From a virus (Duplodnaviria > Caudoviricetes), in IMG/VR virus record IMGVR_UViG_3300016654_000161, positions 1 through 38,006 of that record: a DNA stretch of 38,006 nt. One strand, given 5' to 3'. Position numbers and translations under genes: made by a program. Position 1 is the stretch's first letter; each line of letters starts with the position of its first letter. A model generated the notes under the pieces. That model ran no database searches. It had not been told where the DNA came from and saw nothing but the letters and a program-made list of their open reading frames with translations. This document shows positions 8,224 through 17,273 of this stretch, piece by piece.

Positions 8224-9390
8224 TTAGAGCACGTCCTCGAGGAAGTCTTCGATGATTTGGTCGCTTGCGTTGAGCACGTAGACCATGTGCTCGTTGGGCG
8301 CGTAACGGCCGTAATCGATCACGATGTACCAGGTGCCGTTTTTGTAGTTTTCAACCGAGTTGAGCTCGGGATGCAGGTAGACGCTGCCGCCCGGGATGGT
8401 CTCGTCAGCCACCAGCGTCTGCAGCCAGTCATTGACGCGCTTGACCTCCTGCTCCATGAACGACTTGGTCAGGTTTTTGGCCATGACCTTTTGCCCGGAC
8501 TTGGCCAGCTTTCGCGTGACAGCGTCAGACAACCCCACGTAGCTGATGAACTTGCCAGTCACGGAGCGGTTGCCGAGCAGCGAAATGCCGCCCAGGGTCG
8601 TCGCAGCGTAATAGCAGATGCCGTAGCGGTTGAGCAGGTCGCCCTCGGTGCTGCTGTCGAGGATGTTGTATTCGACAGTGCGCGACACATCCAGGGCGTT
8701 CGTGACCTGATTGCCTGGGCTTTCCCACTGCTTGACGGACGCCAGCGCCGCGATGGCCAATGCCGACGGCGGCAGGAAGACATTGGCCTTTGCCGCCTTG
8801 GAGTAGACCGACGTCATTTGGTGAACCAGCAAGCAGCGGTCGAAGCCCAGCGACTCGCCGCCCAGGGTGCCGCTGTAAGTGGTCTGCGCATCGACGGTGC
8901 CATCCTGGCCGTCCAGCACCACACGAGCGCGGATCGACTTGCCCAGCGATGCAAACTCAGTGGCCATAGCCTTGGTCGCAGTAAAGCCTGGCGCGCCAAT
9001 GATGGTCAGATCTTCCTTTGCCAGGCGCAGGGCCTCGAGGCCCTTCTTTTGCCCGGACTCGACATCAACACCACCGATCACGTTATTGATCGTGTCGGCG
9101 TCAGTAGCGCCCTCCCCGACCACCACCACGTAAATCGGCACCTTCACCACCAGAAGAATCTGGCGCACCACCTCATACAGCGAGCCCTCAGCGGTGCCCA
9201 CGGTATCCAAGAGCGCGAGCAGGGTCGTACTGTTGATGCGGAACGGGTAATTCAGCGGCACGCTCGAGGCGCGGTTCGGCGCAGTGCCGACCAGGCCGAT
9301 AACGTTGTCGCCAATCGCGCCCATCGAGTCCGGCGATTCGGTCTCGTTGATGCTGATGCCGTTGTGCTCGAAATTTTCTACCTCAGCCAT
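8224..9390 (-). CDS. Tail sheath protein (P2 FI-like)
   Basis: HNGISINE, IGLVGTAP, IIGAPGF, WESPGNQ, LLGNRS. Confidence 0.93.
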   Translation of the reverse strand: MAEVENFEHNGISINETESPDSMGAIGDNVIGLVGTAPNRASSVPLNYPFRINSTTLLALLDTVGTAEGSLYEVVRQILLVVKVPIYVVVVGEGATDADTINNVIGGVDVESGQKKGLEALRLAKEDLTIIGAPGFTATKAMATEFASLGKSIRARVVLDGQDGTVDAQTTYSGTLGGESLGFDRCLLVHQMTSVYSKAAKANVFLPPSALAIAALASVKQWESPGNQVTNALDVSRTVEYNILDSSTEGDLLNRYGICYYAATTLGGISLLGNRSVTGKFISYVGLSDAVTRKLAKSGQKVMAKNLTKSFMEQEVKRVNDWLQTLVADETIPGGSVYLHPELNSVENYKNGTWYIVIDYGRYAPNEHMVYVLNASDQIIEDFLEDVL

Positions 9391-9612
9391 TTACTCGGCG
9401 TCCTTTGCAGCGACCTTTGCGGCCTTGGTTGTGGTGGCAGCAGTTGCTGCAGCGGCGGCCTCGGCCTCGATTTCAGAGGTCAGCTTGATGCGGCCGGCCT
9501 GGCGCAGGGCGCGGGCCTCGACATCCAGCAGATCCAGCTTTTCGCCTTTAACGGCGTAGTGGCCACCGGCTTTCGGGAAGCCGATAAGCACGGTGTAATT
9601 CAGTCGCGACAT
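9391..9612 (-). CDS. Small hypothetical virion-associated protein
   Basis: Start MSRLNY after GGAG; abuts sheath gene; Ala/Lys tail. Confidence 0.7.
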   Translation of the reverse strand: MSRLNYTVLIGFPKAGGHYAVKGEKLDLLDVEARALRQAGRIKLTSEIEAEAAAAATAATTTKAAKVAAKDAE

Positions 9613-9627
9613 GCTTTCTCCGGGCAC

Positions 9628-9649
9628 AAAAAAAGCCGCGCTTGGCGGC
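9628..9649 (-). terminator. Intrinsic terminator
   Basis: GCCGC/GCGGC stem with T7 tract on minus strand. Confidence 0.6.
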
Positions 9650-9676
9650 CTCTCTGTGCAAAGGGGATTGGAATTT

Positions 9677-10315
9677 TCAGATGGATTTGAAGGGATTGAT
9701 CTTGGTCGTCATGCCCTTGGCGGGCTCGTCGGCCGGGTACTGCTCGGGCTTGATCTTGAAGCCAAAGCGAATGACGAACGCCCGGGTAGCGCTCCACTCG
9801 TGGACCAGATAGAAGCCATACCAGCGGCGGCGGCCCTTGCTCGCGGTCACGAACTGCCAACCGCCCTTGCCGGGGCTATCCTCGACCACCGCGTCACCGC
9901 GATAGCTGATCTCGCATTCACTGACCGGGCAGGAATACAGCGACAGAAGCCGCATGTTGTTGACCGGGTTTCGGATGGCGGCCCACCAGTACATAGCCAA
10001 GTAACTGTCAGCGCCGAGCTGGGCGAGCGGAACGCCGAGACGGCGTAGCAGCGGGCGCAGCCCGAACAATACCGAGGCGTCGCAGTTTTCCGCCCACCAC
10101 AAGCGCTTATCGCCGAGCAGCCCGTCGAAGTCGTTGCCGAACAGGTGCGCCCAACGAGGCAGGTTGACGATGGCGCGACCGTCGCTCAGCGAAACACCAG
10201 GTACACGGAAGGGAATCGCAATGGCCACCACGACCAGGCCGAGAACATCCGTCAGCAAATTGCTGACAAGCAGGAACAGCCACTGCAGCGGGACCAACAA
10301 CAGATTTAAAGCCAT
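9677..10315 (-). CDS. Hypothetical membrane-anchored protein
   Basis: Hydrophobic N-terminus; Trp-rich WWAAIRNPVNN motif; flanked by hairpins. Confidence 0.75.
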   Translation of the reverse strand: MALNLLLVPLQWLFLLVSNLLTDVLGLVVVAIAIPFRVPGVSLSDGRAIVNLPRWAHLFGNDFDGLLGDKRLWWAENCDASVLFGLRPLLRRLGVPLAQLGADSYLAMYWWAAIRNPVNNMRLLSLYSCPVSECEISYRGDAVVEDSPGKGGWQFVTASKGRRRWYGFYLVHEWSATRAFVIRFGFKIKPEQYPADEPAKGMTTKINPFKSI

Positions 10316-10344
10316 CTAGGGGTTTTCCTTGCGCTAGAAACGAC

Positions 10345-10364
10345 AAAGCCCCCGAGTCGGGGGC
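10345..10364 (-). terminator. Intrinsic terminator after tail-fibre chaperones
   Basis: GCCCCCG/CGGGGGC stem. Confidence 0.6.
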
Positions 10365-10403
10365 CTTGCATGGGTTTTGATTTATCGTTGCGCCTGCGCG
10401 CTG

Positions 10404-10670
10404 CTACGCGGCCAGGGCGGCCGGCAACCAGTCAGGGCCGCCCGGGCGCGTCGCAGGAAAGTCTGCCGACTCCGGCCAGTCACGCAGCGCCTGGCGGTAG
10501 GCCTGCAAAACGGCATACTGCTCGGCGCTCAGGCCGGTATCGAACCCGCCCTCCTCCTGATCGCGGTGTCGCAGCACCATGGCGTCGGTGTCGCTCAGCG
10601 CCTTATCGCGCCACTCGCGTTCGGCGGTGGCCTTTTCTTCGGCCAAAACCGCGTTGTCGATGATGAACAT
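10404..10670 (-). CDS. Tail-fibre assembly chaperone-like protein
   Basis: EREWRDKALSDTD...YRQALRDWPESADFP motif. Confidence 0.78.
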   Translation of the reverse strand: MFIIDNAVLAEEKATAEREWRDKALSDTDAMVLRHRDQEEGGFDTGLSAEQYAVLQAYRQALRDWPESADFPATRPGGPDWLPAALAA

Positions 10671-10978
10671 TACGTATCCCCCTCGGCGCTGTAGTCCGGC
10701 ACCGGTGCCGGCACCGGCGCGGCCGGCTGGCTGGTATCAGGCGCCACAATCTCGGCTTGAGGCATGCCAACGCCGACAGGGTCGCCCATAGCCGCAACAT
10801 CGAGCTTCCAGGCAGAACGGGTGCTGCGATCCTCAGGTATCGCCGACGAATCAATGACCCAAAAACTAACGCCCTCGGGCACGCTGCGCCGGCCGATTTC
10901 GTACAGCGTGACCTGATCAGTCACCGGCCACACAATGCAGGCCGGCCCGTCCTCCGGCTGAAAAACAATAATGTTCAT
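10670..10978 (-). CDS. Tail-fibre-associated protein (probable chaperone of the fibre tip)
   Basis: Directly after fibre gene; VPEGVSFWVID...IPEDRSTRSAW. Confidence 0.7.
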   Translation of the reverse strand: MNIIVFQPEDGPACIVWPVTDQVTLYEIGRRSVPEGVSFWVIDSSAIPEDRSTRSAWKLDVAAMGDPVGVGMPQAEIVAPDTSQPAAPVPAPVPDYSAEGDT

Positions 10979-10981
10979 TAT

Positions 10982-12787
10982 TTAATTCCCAAAGAGTACA
11001 AAGTTATTCCACGTCCGGTCAGATTTACGCGCCGTCAAACCGTCGTTGATGATGTATGTCAGCAGTCGCACATAGGTAGTTGCGCGAGCGGCGCCGGTGT
11101 ATTCCATGATCGAGTTGACCAATACTTCAGAACCGGTATTTGAACCACCACCAACTACCGAGTAGTTCGTATCAGCCAATGGCGTAATGAGGTTGAAAGT
11201 GAAATCACCGGTACCGTTGTCGACAATGCTCAAGATATTAAACGAGCCGTAGATCACCGGCGTCGTAGCAACGCCGTTCCAGCTCGCCCAAGCCTTCGCC
11301 TGAGTAGTTTTGACGTTCCCAAGGTAGTTGGAAAGCCAACCACCCCACATGCTGCCGTAAATATTACCGTCCGTCGATAGAACTCCGGTCCCATTACCCG
11401 CGTACACGTACCCAAGGGCGTTAACATTGCCGTTAAAAGTGGCCTGCTTATTTACAAGATCAATCTGGATCGGATAGTCCGTAACACCATTACTGGCCGT
11501 ATAGTGGAACATTCGCCATGTTGCATTATACAAGTCAGCATATACGGCTCGACTGGGCGCACTCCAAACAATTTCCGGCGTATCCTCAGAAGCGTTCGAC
11601 AAAACAAGCTGGCCGTTAACCGTGACTTTTTCCGTAAACGTCGGGGCATTAATCGGAGCCTTTACAGACAGTGCCGTTTTCAACTTCTTCGGCGTAACTG
11701 CCGTGGCATCGTCCGTGCCGTCCGCAACCTGCTGCGCCGTGGCGATCTTGAGCCAACCGAAAACCGTCTCCGTCGCCTGGCCGATCTTTTTCGCAATGGC
11801 CTGAAACACCCGCAACGCGGTCATGGGCGCGGCGTTGTCCGTCCCGGCTTCAGCCTGATCCTGGGTAGCCAGGGTGATCCCTAAACCGTCCAGAGTCGTC
11901 GGGTTCGTACCCGCCGTGACCCGCCCGCGCTTGTCGACCGTGACGCGGCTGTAAGTGCCCACGCTCACGCCAGTCGGGCCGCTCACCGCCTCGAATTTCA
12001 ACGCCGTAGTGCCGAGAACGATCGGAGCATCCGTGGTCAATTGCCAGATGCTATCGCCGTTGGCCGTGCCCTCCTCGACCGGCACCCACATACCCGGCGT
12101 CACTTCGGCACTGATGTCCGCAGAAGCCGCCCGGGTCCAGGCGCCATTGGCCACCGTATACAGGCCGTTATCCTTGCCGGCGGCCTGATCCTTGACGAGC
12201 ACCAGATCACCAGCCACCAGCGCAACGCCGTCGACTGTCTGCGCGCCGCTCAGGGTAATTGCCGCGGTAGTGGCCGCCCGTACCGATTGCTTAGCGTCGA
12301 GCTTGGCCAGCTCGGCCGCCACGTAATCAGTCACCCATGCCCGCGTCGCCTTTACGATGGTGCTGTCGACAACCAGCGTCACGCTTGAGGCGTTGCTCGT
12401 TTGAAAGATCGAGCGCAGGTAAAACTCTTTGCCCGACCCCGAGGTCGCCTGCACCGGCTTATAGGACTCTGGCACCTTGACGATGGCATAGAGAATGCCG
12501 GTATCCGTCCAGATGCCAGCCTCGCGCACGTACCAGCCACCAACGTCATCGGGGATGCTCACCTCAGCAACCAGCCACGACGAGTTGCTCGAGTCCTGCA
12601 GCAGCGAGTTGATGTCGCCGCGCCACACCTCGCGCTTGAGCGCCTTGGCCGTTGCATCGGGGTTGTAGACAGCGCCGTTGCCATCACCAATCGACATCTG
12701 CGACAGCTTGATAGGCGCCCCGCTGGCCTTGCACGCCGTCTCGTAGGCGATGCCGGCCGTGGTCAACAGGGTGTAATAGTCGGCCAT
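10982..12787 (-). CDS. Tail fibre protein (P2 gpH-like N-terminus)
   Basis: YYTLLTTAG...IGDGNG...GGWYVREAGI; fibre repeats VTVDKRGRVTAG, AVTPKKL. Confidence 0.92.
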   Translation of the reverse strand: MADYYTLLTTAGIAYETACKASGAPIKLSQMSIGDGNGAVYNPDATAKALKREVWRGDINSLLQDSSNSSWLVAEVSIPDDVGGWYVREAGIWTDTGILYAIVKVPESYKPVQATSGSGKEFYLRSIFQTSNASSVTLVVDSTIVKATRAWVTDYVAAELAKLDAKQSVRAATTAAITLSGAQTVDGVALVAGDLVLVKDQAAGKDNGLYTVANGAWTRAASADISAEVTPGMWVPVEEGTANGDSIWQLTTDAPIVLGTTALKFEAVSGPTGVSVGTYSRVTVDKRGRVTAGTNPTTLDGLGITLATQDQAEAGTDNAAPMTALRVFQAIAKKIGQATETVFGWLKIATAQQVADGTDDATAVTPKKLKTALSVKAPINAPTFTEKVTVNGQLVLSNASEDTPEIVWSAPSRAVYADLYNATWRMFHYTASNGVTDYPIQIDLVNKQATFNGNVNALGYVYAGNGTGVLSTDGNIYGSMWGGWLSNYLGNVKTTQAKAWASWNGVATTPVIYGSFNILSIVDNGTGDFTFNLITPLADTNYSVVGGGSNTGSEVLVNSIMEYTGAARATTYVRLLTYIINDGLTARKSDRTWNNFVLFGN

Positions 12788-13425
12788 TAAGCCTCCATGG
12801 GGTAAATAGTGGTCGTCTCGGTGCTGAATGTGCCGGCCGCGAGGTATTCCGCCGACGCGACCTCAACGCCCTCGAGCACCAACGGGTAAACCGTGGCGAT
12901 CTCGGCGCAGAACGTCGCCGCTCCGATGTAGTGGGTCCCCGTGGCCCGCAGGCCGATAGACACGAGCATCGTGTCGCGCTCGCTCTTGGCGGCCGCGAGG
13001 CGCTTGTCGAGGCGGTCGTCCATCTCGGAGCTGTAAGGACCCTCAGAAAAGGCCCGCACAAGGAAGCTGTAAGGCTCGCCACGGGGCGCTTGCTCGTACC
13101 AAGGCGTTACCTCGGGAACGAGCTGCAAACCCGTGACAGCGAGCTCCAGGGCTCGCCGCGTGCCCGCTAACCGCTTAGTCGGCCAGGCCCCCTCTACCGT
13201 CGCCCGCTTTTCCGCCTCGGTAGCGTCCGAATTCCACTCGGAAACCCCGCGATCAGCAGCGAGGTATGGCAAGAAACTCTCCGGCGTTTCCGCCGGCGTC
13301 ATGAGCTCAGGGAAAGGCGGGGCGATTTCGCTAAGCAGCTTCGCAAAGACCAGCTCGAGCCCCTCCTCGAGGCGCGAGCGGTTGACCGGCTGGATACTCT
13401 GCCGCGTCGCATCGAGGTCGCTCAT
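12787..13425 (-). CDS. P2 gpI-like baseplate/tail protein
   Basis: FLPYLAADRGVSEW, AGTRRAL, VTPWYE. Confidence 0.88.
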   Translation of the reverse strand: MSDLDATRQSIQPVNRSRLEEGLELVFAKLLSEIAPPFPELMTPAETPESFLPYLAADRGVSEWNSDATEAEKRATVEGAWPTKRLAGTRRALELAVTGLQLVPEVTPWYEQAPRGEPYSFLVRAFSEGPYSSEMDDRLDKRLAAAKSERDTMLVSIGLRATGTHYIGAATFCAEIATVYPLVLEGVEVASAEYLAAGTFSTETTTIYPMEA

Positions 13426-14417
13426 AGCGTCTTGACCTCAACCGATACCCCCGTGCAATACGGGGCCTGAAAGTCGGTGCACACCACGGAATCAAGCGGC
13501 CCGAGCACCTCGAGCTGCACAGCGCCTGCTTTATGCAAGGTGTAATCGATCCATGAGCCGTCTACGCGGCCGCCCAGGACGTGACAGGTATCCGCATACG
13601 CCTGCAGGGCCTCCTCGGCCGTGGCCTTGGTCAAGGCCGTGTCAGGCCCGGCATTGATCCACACCGTGGCCTGAATCTGGTACGAGATGATCTCGGCCGC
13701 CACTACCGTGACTTCGTCCGTTTCCGGCTTCACGTCATCCCGCGCAAAGTGCGACCGGACGGCTCCGAGGAGCTCCTCGCTCGGCGTACCGTCGCCAGTC
13801 CGGGAAAGCACCGTGCATTGCACCGTGCCCGGGCCAGTGCGCCGGGTGTTGCTGTCCTTTACCTGCTTGGCATAGCTGTCATCGGCAAACGTATAGGTCA
13901 CGGTGACAACGCCGGCGGCCGTTGCGTCGACGCTGATCGTCGGTCGCTCGCCCAGGGTCAGGCCCTCGTGCCGGTACTGCATCCGCGAGCCAGCGGCCGG
14001 TGCGTGCGGCGCCAGGTAGTAGCGCAGCCTGGCGTCGTCGTCGGCCTCGTAGGTAGGATCAACCGGCGGGTAAGCGTTAGGGTCGCCCTCGTCCAGCACC
14101 TGCCGCTCAAGGCCCATATCCGCGAGCCTGGCGTCGAGATTCGTCGACGTGGCCCACCAGGCCAGCATTTGCTTTGCCCGCTCGTTGTATTTGCGCGCAT
14201 GGGTCTGCAGCAGCAGGGTTACCGCCTGCAGGAACAGGGTCAGCAGCTCGCTGTCGTTCTCGAGGGCAACTGTCAGCCTCGCGGCCTTCTCTGCAGAGCG
14301 CTCCGCGACGTACTCGATCACCATTGCCTTATACGTCGCGAGCAGATCCTCGAAGGCCTCAACCTTCACGATCTCCGGGTCTGCCAACTGGTTTTGCCCA
14401 GGGATCAGCATGCTCAC
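13422..14417 (-). CDS. P2 gpJ-like baseplate wedge protein
   Basis: ATSTNLD, AAGSRMQY, VKPETDEVTV, QAPYCTGV. Confidence 0.9.
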   Translation of the reverse strand: MSMLIPGQNQLADPEIVKVEAFEDLLATYKAMVIEYVAERSAEKAARLTVALENDSELLTLFLQAVTLLLQTHARKYNERAKQMLAWWATSTNLDARLADMGLERQVLDEGDPNAYPPVDPTYEADDDARLRYYLAPHAPAAGSRMQYRHEGLTLGERPTISVDATAAGVVTVTYTFADDSYAKQVKDSNTRRTGPGTVQCTVLSRTGDGTPSEELLGAVRSHFARDDVKPETDEVTVVAAEIISYQIQATVWINAGPDTALTKATAEEALQAYADTCHVLGGRVDGSWIDYTLHKAGAVQLEVLGPLDSVVCTDFQAPYCTGVSVEVKTL

Positions 14418-14746
14418 ATTGCCACCTCAAAAGTCATTTTCCGGTTATGCCAGGTCCCCGACATGCCGAGCTTTAGGCCCGCACCTTTGCGCTCGGCGAG
14501 TACCGTGTCAGGCTCGAAGTCGTCGATCCCGTTGGCCGGGTTGTAGAAAGCGGCCACCGCTGCCGACTGGGCGAGCAACAGCAAGTCGTCGCCCATGTTC
14601 TTTCCCAGCAGATCCGTTAGATCGATACCGTAATCGGGGCGTTTCTGGCGCGTGCCTTTGGGCGTGGTAAGTGCCCGCGTGGCGCGCTGGACGAACTGAT
14701 CCCAGTCGTCGACCGTCTCGCCCGTCTCTCTGTCGATTCCGATCAT
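14414..14746 (-). CDS. P2 gpW / gp25-like baseplate protein
   Basis: MIGIDRETG, LTTPKGTRQKRPDYG. Confidence 0.9.
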   Translation of the reverse strand: MIGIDRETGETVDDWDQFVQRATRALTTPKGTRQKRPDYGIDLTDLLGKNMGDDLLLLAQSAAVAAFYNPANGIDDFEPDTVLAERKGAGLKLGMSGTWHNRKMTFEVAM

Positions 14747-14754
14747 GAAAAACC

Positions 14755-15354
14755 CTATTCGCCGCTGATGATTTGCCCCTCGCGATCAACCAGCGGCCCG
14801 GTGAAATGCGCGCCCTCGGCGTCGATCATGAGGCCCACGTCGCCGAGGTAGATCTCGATTGACTCCAGGCCGGCGCGCACGCCACCAGTGCCGATCTTGA
14901 GCTCTACCGCCTCGTTGGTTGCCTCAAGCGATACCTGGCCGTTCAGCCATCCCAAGGCATGCTTGGCGTGGTCGTAGCTGCTGGCCGCCCCGTCCTTGTA
15001 AACCCGCTTGGTTACCTCGGCTTTCGTCGAGGCCATGGGGTAGAGCGTGGTGGGCAGCCCGAACAGGGCCACATACAGCGTCCCGTTCTCGCCGGCGCCG
15101 AAATTCAGCAGGACACACTGCTCGCCTATCGACGGGTGCCGCGCTTCGCTCTGCTCGCCCGCGCTGGGGTGCATGTAGCGAATTTGCGGCGTCCTCAGTT
15201 CGCCGTGCTCGACGACACAGAGGCCCGTCTCCGGCTCAACCGACTTGCACACCCCAACACGGATCATGCTGTCAGTGCGCCGCTGCAGGTCCTCGACGTG
15301 CCGCTCAAGCTCCATTAGCCGATCCATGAACGGGCCAAGCAAAAGACCGAACAT
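14755..15354 (-). CDS. P2 gpV-like baseplate spike
   Basis: MIRVGVC, PSIGEQCVLL, YKDGAASSYDH; start chosen at MFGLLL. Confidence 0.88.
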   Translation of the reverse strand: MFGLLLGPFMDRLMELERHVEDLQRRTDSMIRVGVCKSVEPETGLCVVEHGELRTPQIRYMHPSAGEQSEARHPSIGEQCVLLNFGAGENGTLYVALFGLPTTLYPMASTKAEVTKRVYKDGAASSYDHAKHALGWLNGQVSLEATNEAVELKIGTGGVRAGLESIEIYLGDVGLMIDAEGAHFTGPLVDREGQIISGE

Positions 15355-15356
15355 AA

Positions 15357-15899
15357 TCAAGGCTCCAATGGGGTGTACTGCGTGGGGTCGTCGATGTTGC
15401 TGACCTCCCAGGTACGGGCAAACAGCGGCATCCCGGTAATAACCGGGTCCTCCTCGAGGAGCGACGGGCCGAGGTAGATGGTCTGCCAAAAACTGGCGGC
15501 CCAGGCCTCGTACCCGCCCTTGCCCTCCGAGTACATGCTCGGGCCGGTCGTGATCTCCTCCGGGGGCAGGCATTGACGCCCAGGAAGCCCCCAGCGGTTG
15601 TCGTCGGCCAGGTTCTGCAGCTCAGCGGCCAGGTTGCCCGCCTCGAGGTTCGCATTCTCCCGCCAGCGGCCCACAACCGCGTGCAGCGTCACCCGAACCC
15701 GGTGGCCTTTACGGCCTTCGGCGGAGCGAACCACCTGGCGGCTACCCTCAAGCTCGATCAGGATCGTGCCGTCGCCGACCTCCTGCTCGAAATTGAAATC
15801 GTTGTAGTTGCCGACCTTCAGCCCCCAGCCCTGGGCGAGGATTGCGTCACCAACTGCAAAAAACAGGTCAGAGAGTCTATCCAGCCTTCGCGAGGACAT
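15357..15899 (-). CDS. Probable tail completion/terminator protein
   Basis: Position between gpZ-like gene and spike; WAASFWQTIYLG. Confidence 0.65.
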   Translation of the reverse strand: MSSRRLDRLSDLFFAVGDAILAQGWGLKVGNYNDFNFEQEVGDGTILIELEGSRQVVRSAEGRKGHRVRVTLHAVVGRWRENANLEAGNLAAELQNLADDNRWGLPGRQCLPPEEITTGPSMYSEGKGGYEAWAASFWQTIYLGPSLLEEDPVITGMPLFARTWEVSNIDDPTQYTPLEP

Positions 15900-16407
15900 T
15901 TTTGGCCTCCTCCTCAAACAGCTCGACGAACCGCTGCTGTGCGCGCTTTTCCCAGCGCTCGAGCACGTTCATTGCCGGGCCTTCCCAATCTTCCTTGACG
16001 GTCTTGATCGGCATTCGCTCCCGACCCTTGCGGATGAAAACCAGCTCCTTGCCGTTCTTGCCGCGACCGATGAATGCGTCGTCGTATTGCCGGTGGGCAA
16101 CCTCGACGCCGCCGGCGTTCTTGACCGGCTTGCCCAGGTAGTGAACGAGGATCGGCTCCAGGCCTACCCACACCTTGATTTCACTACCCTTGGCCCGGGT
16201 GTACAGGTTGTAACGGTGCCGCACCGGGCTCTGCGTGATGCGCAGCTCTTTCGCGATCTCTCGCGTGCTGTGCGTTCGCAGCCACTGCGCCGTGCGGCGC
16301 AGCGCCCGGGCCGCCGCGAGATCTAAGTCGCGCTGCAGCCTGCTAAGGATCTCGGGGACCCTCGACAGGCCGTCACCGACTTGGAGCTCGAGCCGGAAGC
16401 CATCCAT
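15877..16407 (-). CDS. Lambda gpZ-like minor tail/neck protein
   Basis: AARALRRTAQWLRT, AFI...VFIRKGRERMPI. Confidence 0.75.
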   Translation of the reverse strand: MDGFRLELQVGDGLSRVPEILSRLQRDLDLAAARALRRTAQWLRTHSTREIAKELRITQSPVRHRYNLYTRAKGSEIKVWVGLEPILVHYLGKPVKNAGGVEVAHRQYDDAFIGRGKNGKELVFIRKGRERMPIKTVKEDWEGPAMNVLERWEKRAQQRFVELFEEEAKNVLAKAG

Positions 16408-16768
16408 TGCCTACCTCTTGCGAACGAGCCTGGCGATCACCGTAGGGAATCAGCGTCAGCAACGAGCGCAGACCCCCGTGCGGTGCAACGCGAGTAATCG
16501 AAAACACGGCGTCAGCGTCCACAACGCGACAGCTCGACCAATCGGCCGGAACGTCCTCGTTCGGTAGCTGCAGCACCTGCTGGGCGACCCGCATCTCAAC
16601 CTGCGCCGCGCCCTGGGGATTCCCGGGGCGCTGCAGGCGGCCGAAGGCAGCAGGATCACCCCACATGCCCAAGACCTTTTTGGACACGCCGACAGCGTCG
16701 ACAATCAGCACCTCGTACCCGAACTCCTCCGGGTCGAAAAAGTCCCGCAGGTCGTCGGCGCCGATCAT
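16373..16768 (-). CDS. Probable head-tail joining protein (gpFII-like)
   Basis: DLRDFFDPEEFG; position downstream of capsid. Confidence 0.65.
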   Translation of the reverse strand: MIGADDLRDFFDPEEFGYEVLIVDAVGVSKKVLGMWGDPAAFGRLQRPGNPQGAAQVEMRVAQQVLQLPNEDVPADWSSCRVVDADAVFSITRVAPHGGLRSLLTLIPYGDRQARSQEVGNGWLPARAPSR

Positions 16769-17211
16769 GCAGAAGCCTTTGCGGCCTTCTTGGCCGCCGT
16801 GTCAGCCGCTTTCTGCAGTAGCTCGTTCTCGGCCTTGACTTGGGCTAGCTCGGTACCGAGCTCGGCCACTTCCTTGCTCAGGCCGTCTCGCTCTTGAGCC
16901 AGGGACTGAACTTGCGTCTGCAGCTCGAGCTTTTCCGTCGCCAGCGTGGCGAGTTGGGTTTGCGCAACAGCGAGGGCTGCAGTCGCTTCGCTTGCATCAG
17001 GTGGCACCTCCTCGGGTGGGTCTTCGCCGCGAAATGTCGCGACCTCGATGGCGGTGGCGTCGCGGGCCACTTGAGCCGAAATCAGCGTGTTTCGCTCGGC
17101 CCGAGTGACCTCGAGCACGGTTCCGACCGCTACGGGGCTTTCAACGCCTGCGCGCCAAAACTCGTGCAGCACAACAATCACGTAGCCGATGGCCAGTGTC
17201 AGATTGCTCAT
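16765..17211 (-). CDS. Hypothetical coiled-coil protein downstream of capsid
   Basis: Heptad-rich C-terminal half; ATGA overlap with next gene. Confidence 0.7.
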   Translation of the reverse strand: MSNLTLAIGYVIVVLHEFWRAGVESPVAVGTVLEVTRAERNTLISAQVARDATAIEVATFRGEDPPEEVPPDASEATAALAVAQTQLATLATEKLELQTQVQSLAQERDGLSKEVAELGTELAQVKAENELLQKAADTAAKKAAKASA

Positions 17212-17235
17212 TCCGGTTCTCTGAATTGCTGGAAT

Positions 17236-17257
17236 AAAAAAGGGGGCCGAAGCCCCC
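17236..17257 (-). terminator. Intrinsic terminator after capsid gene
   Basis: GGGGGC-TTCG-GCCCCC plus T6 on minus strand. Confidence 0.8.
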
Positions 17258-17273
17258 GCCTACCCGCTACGGG

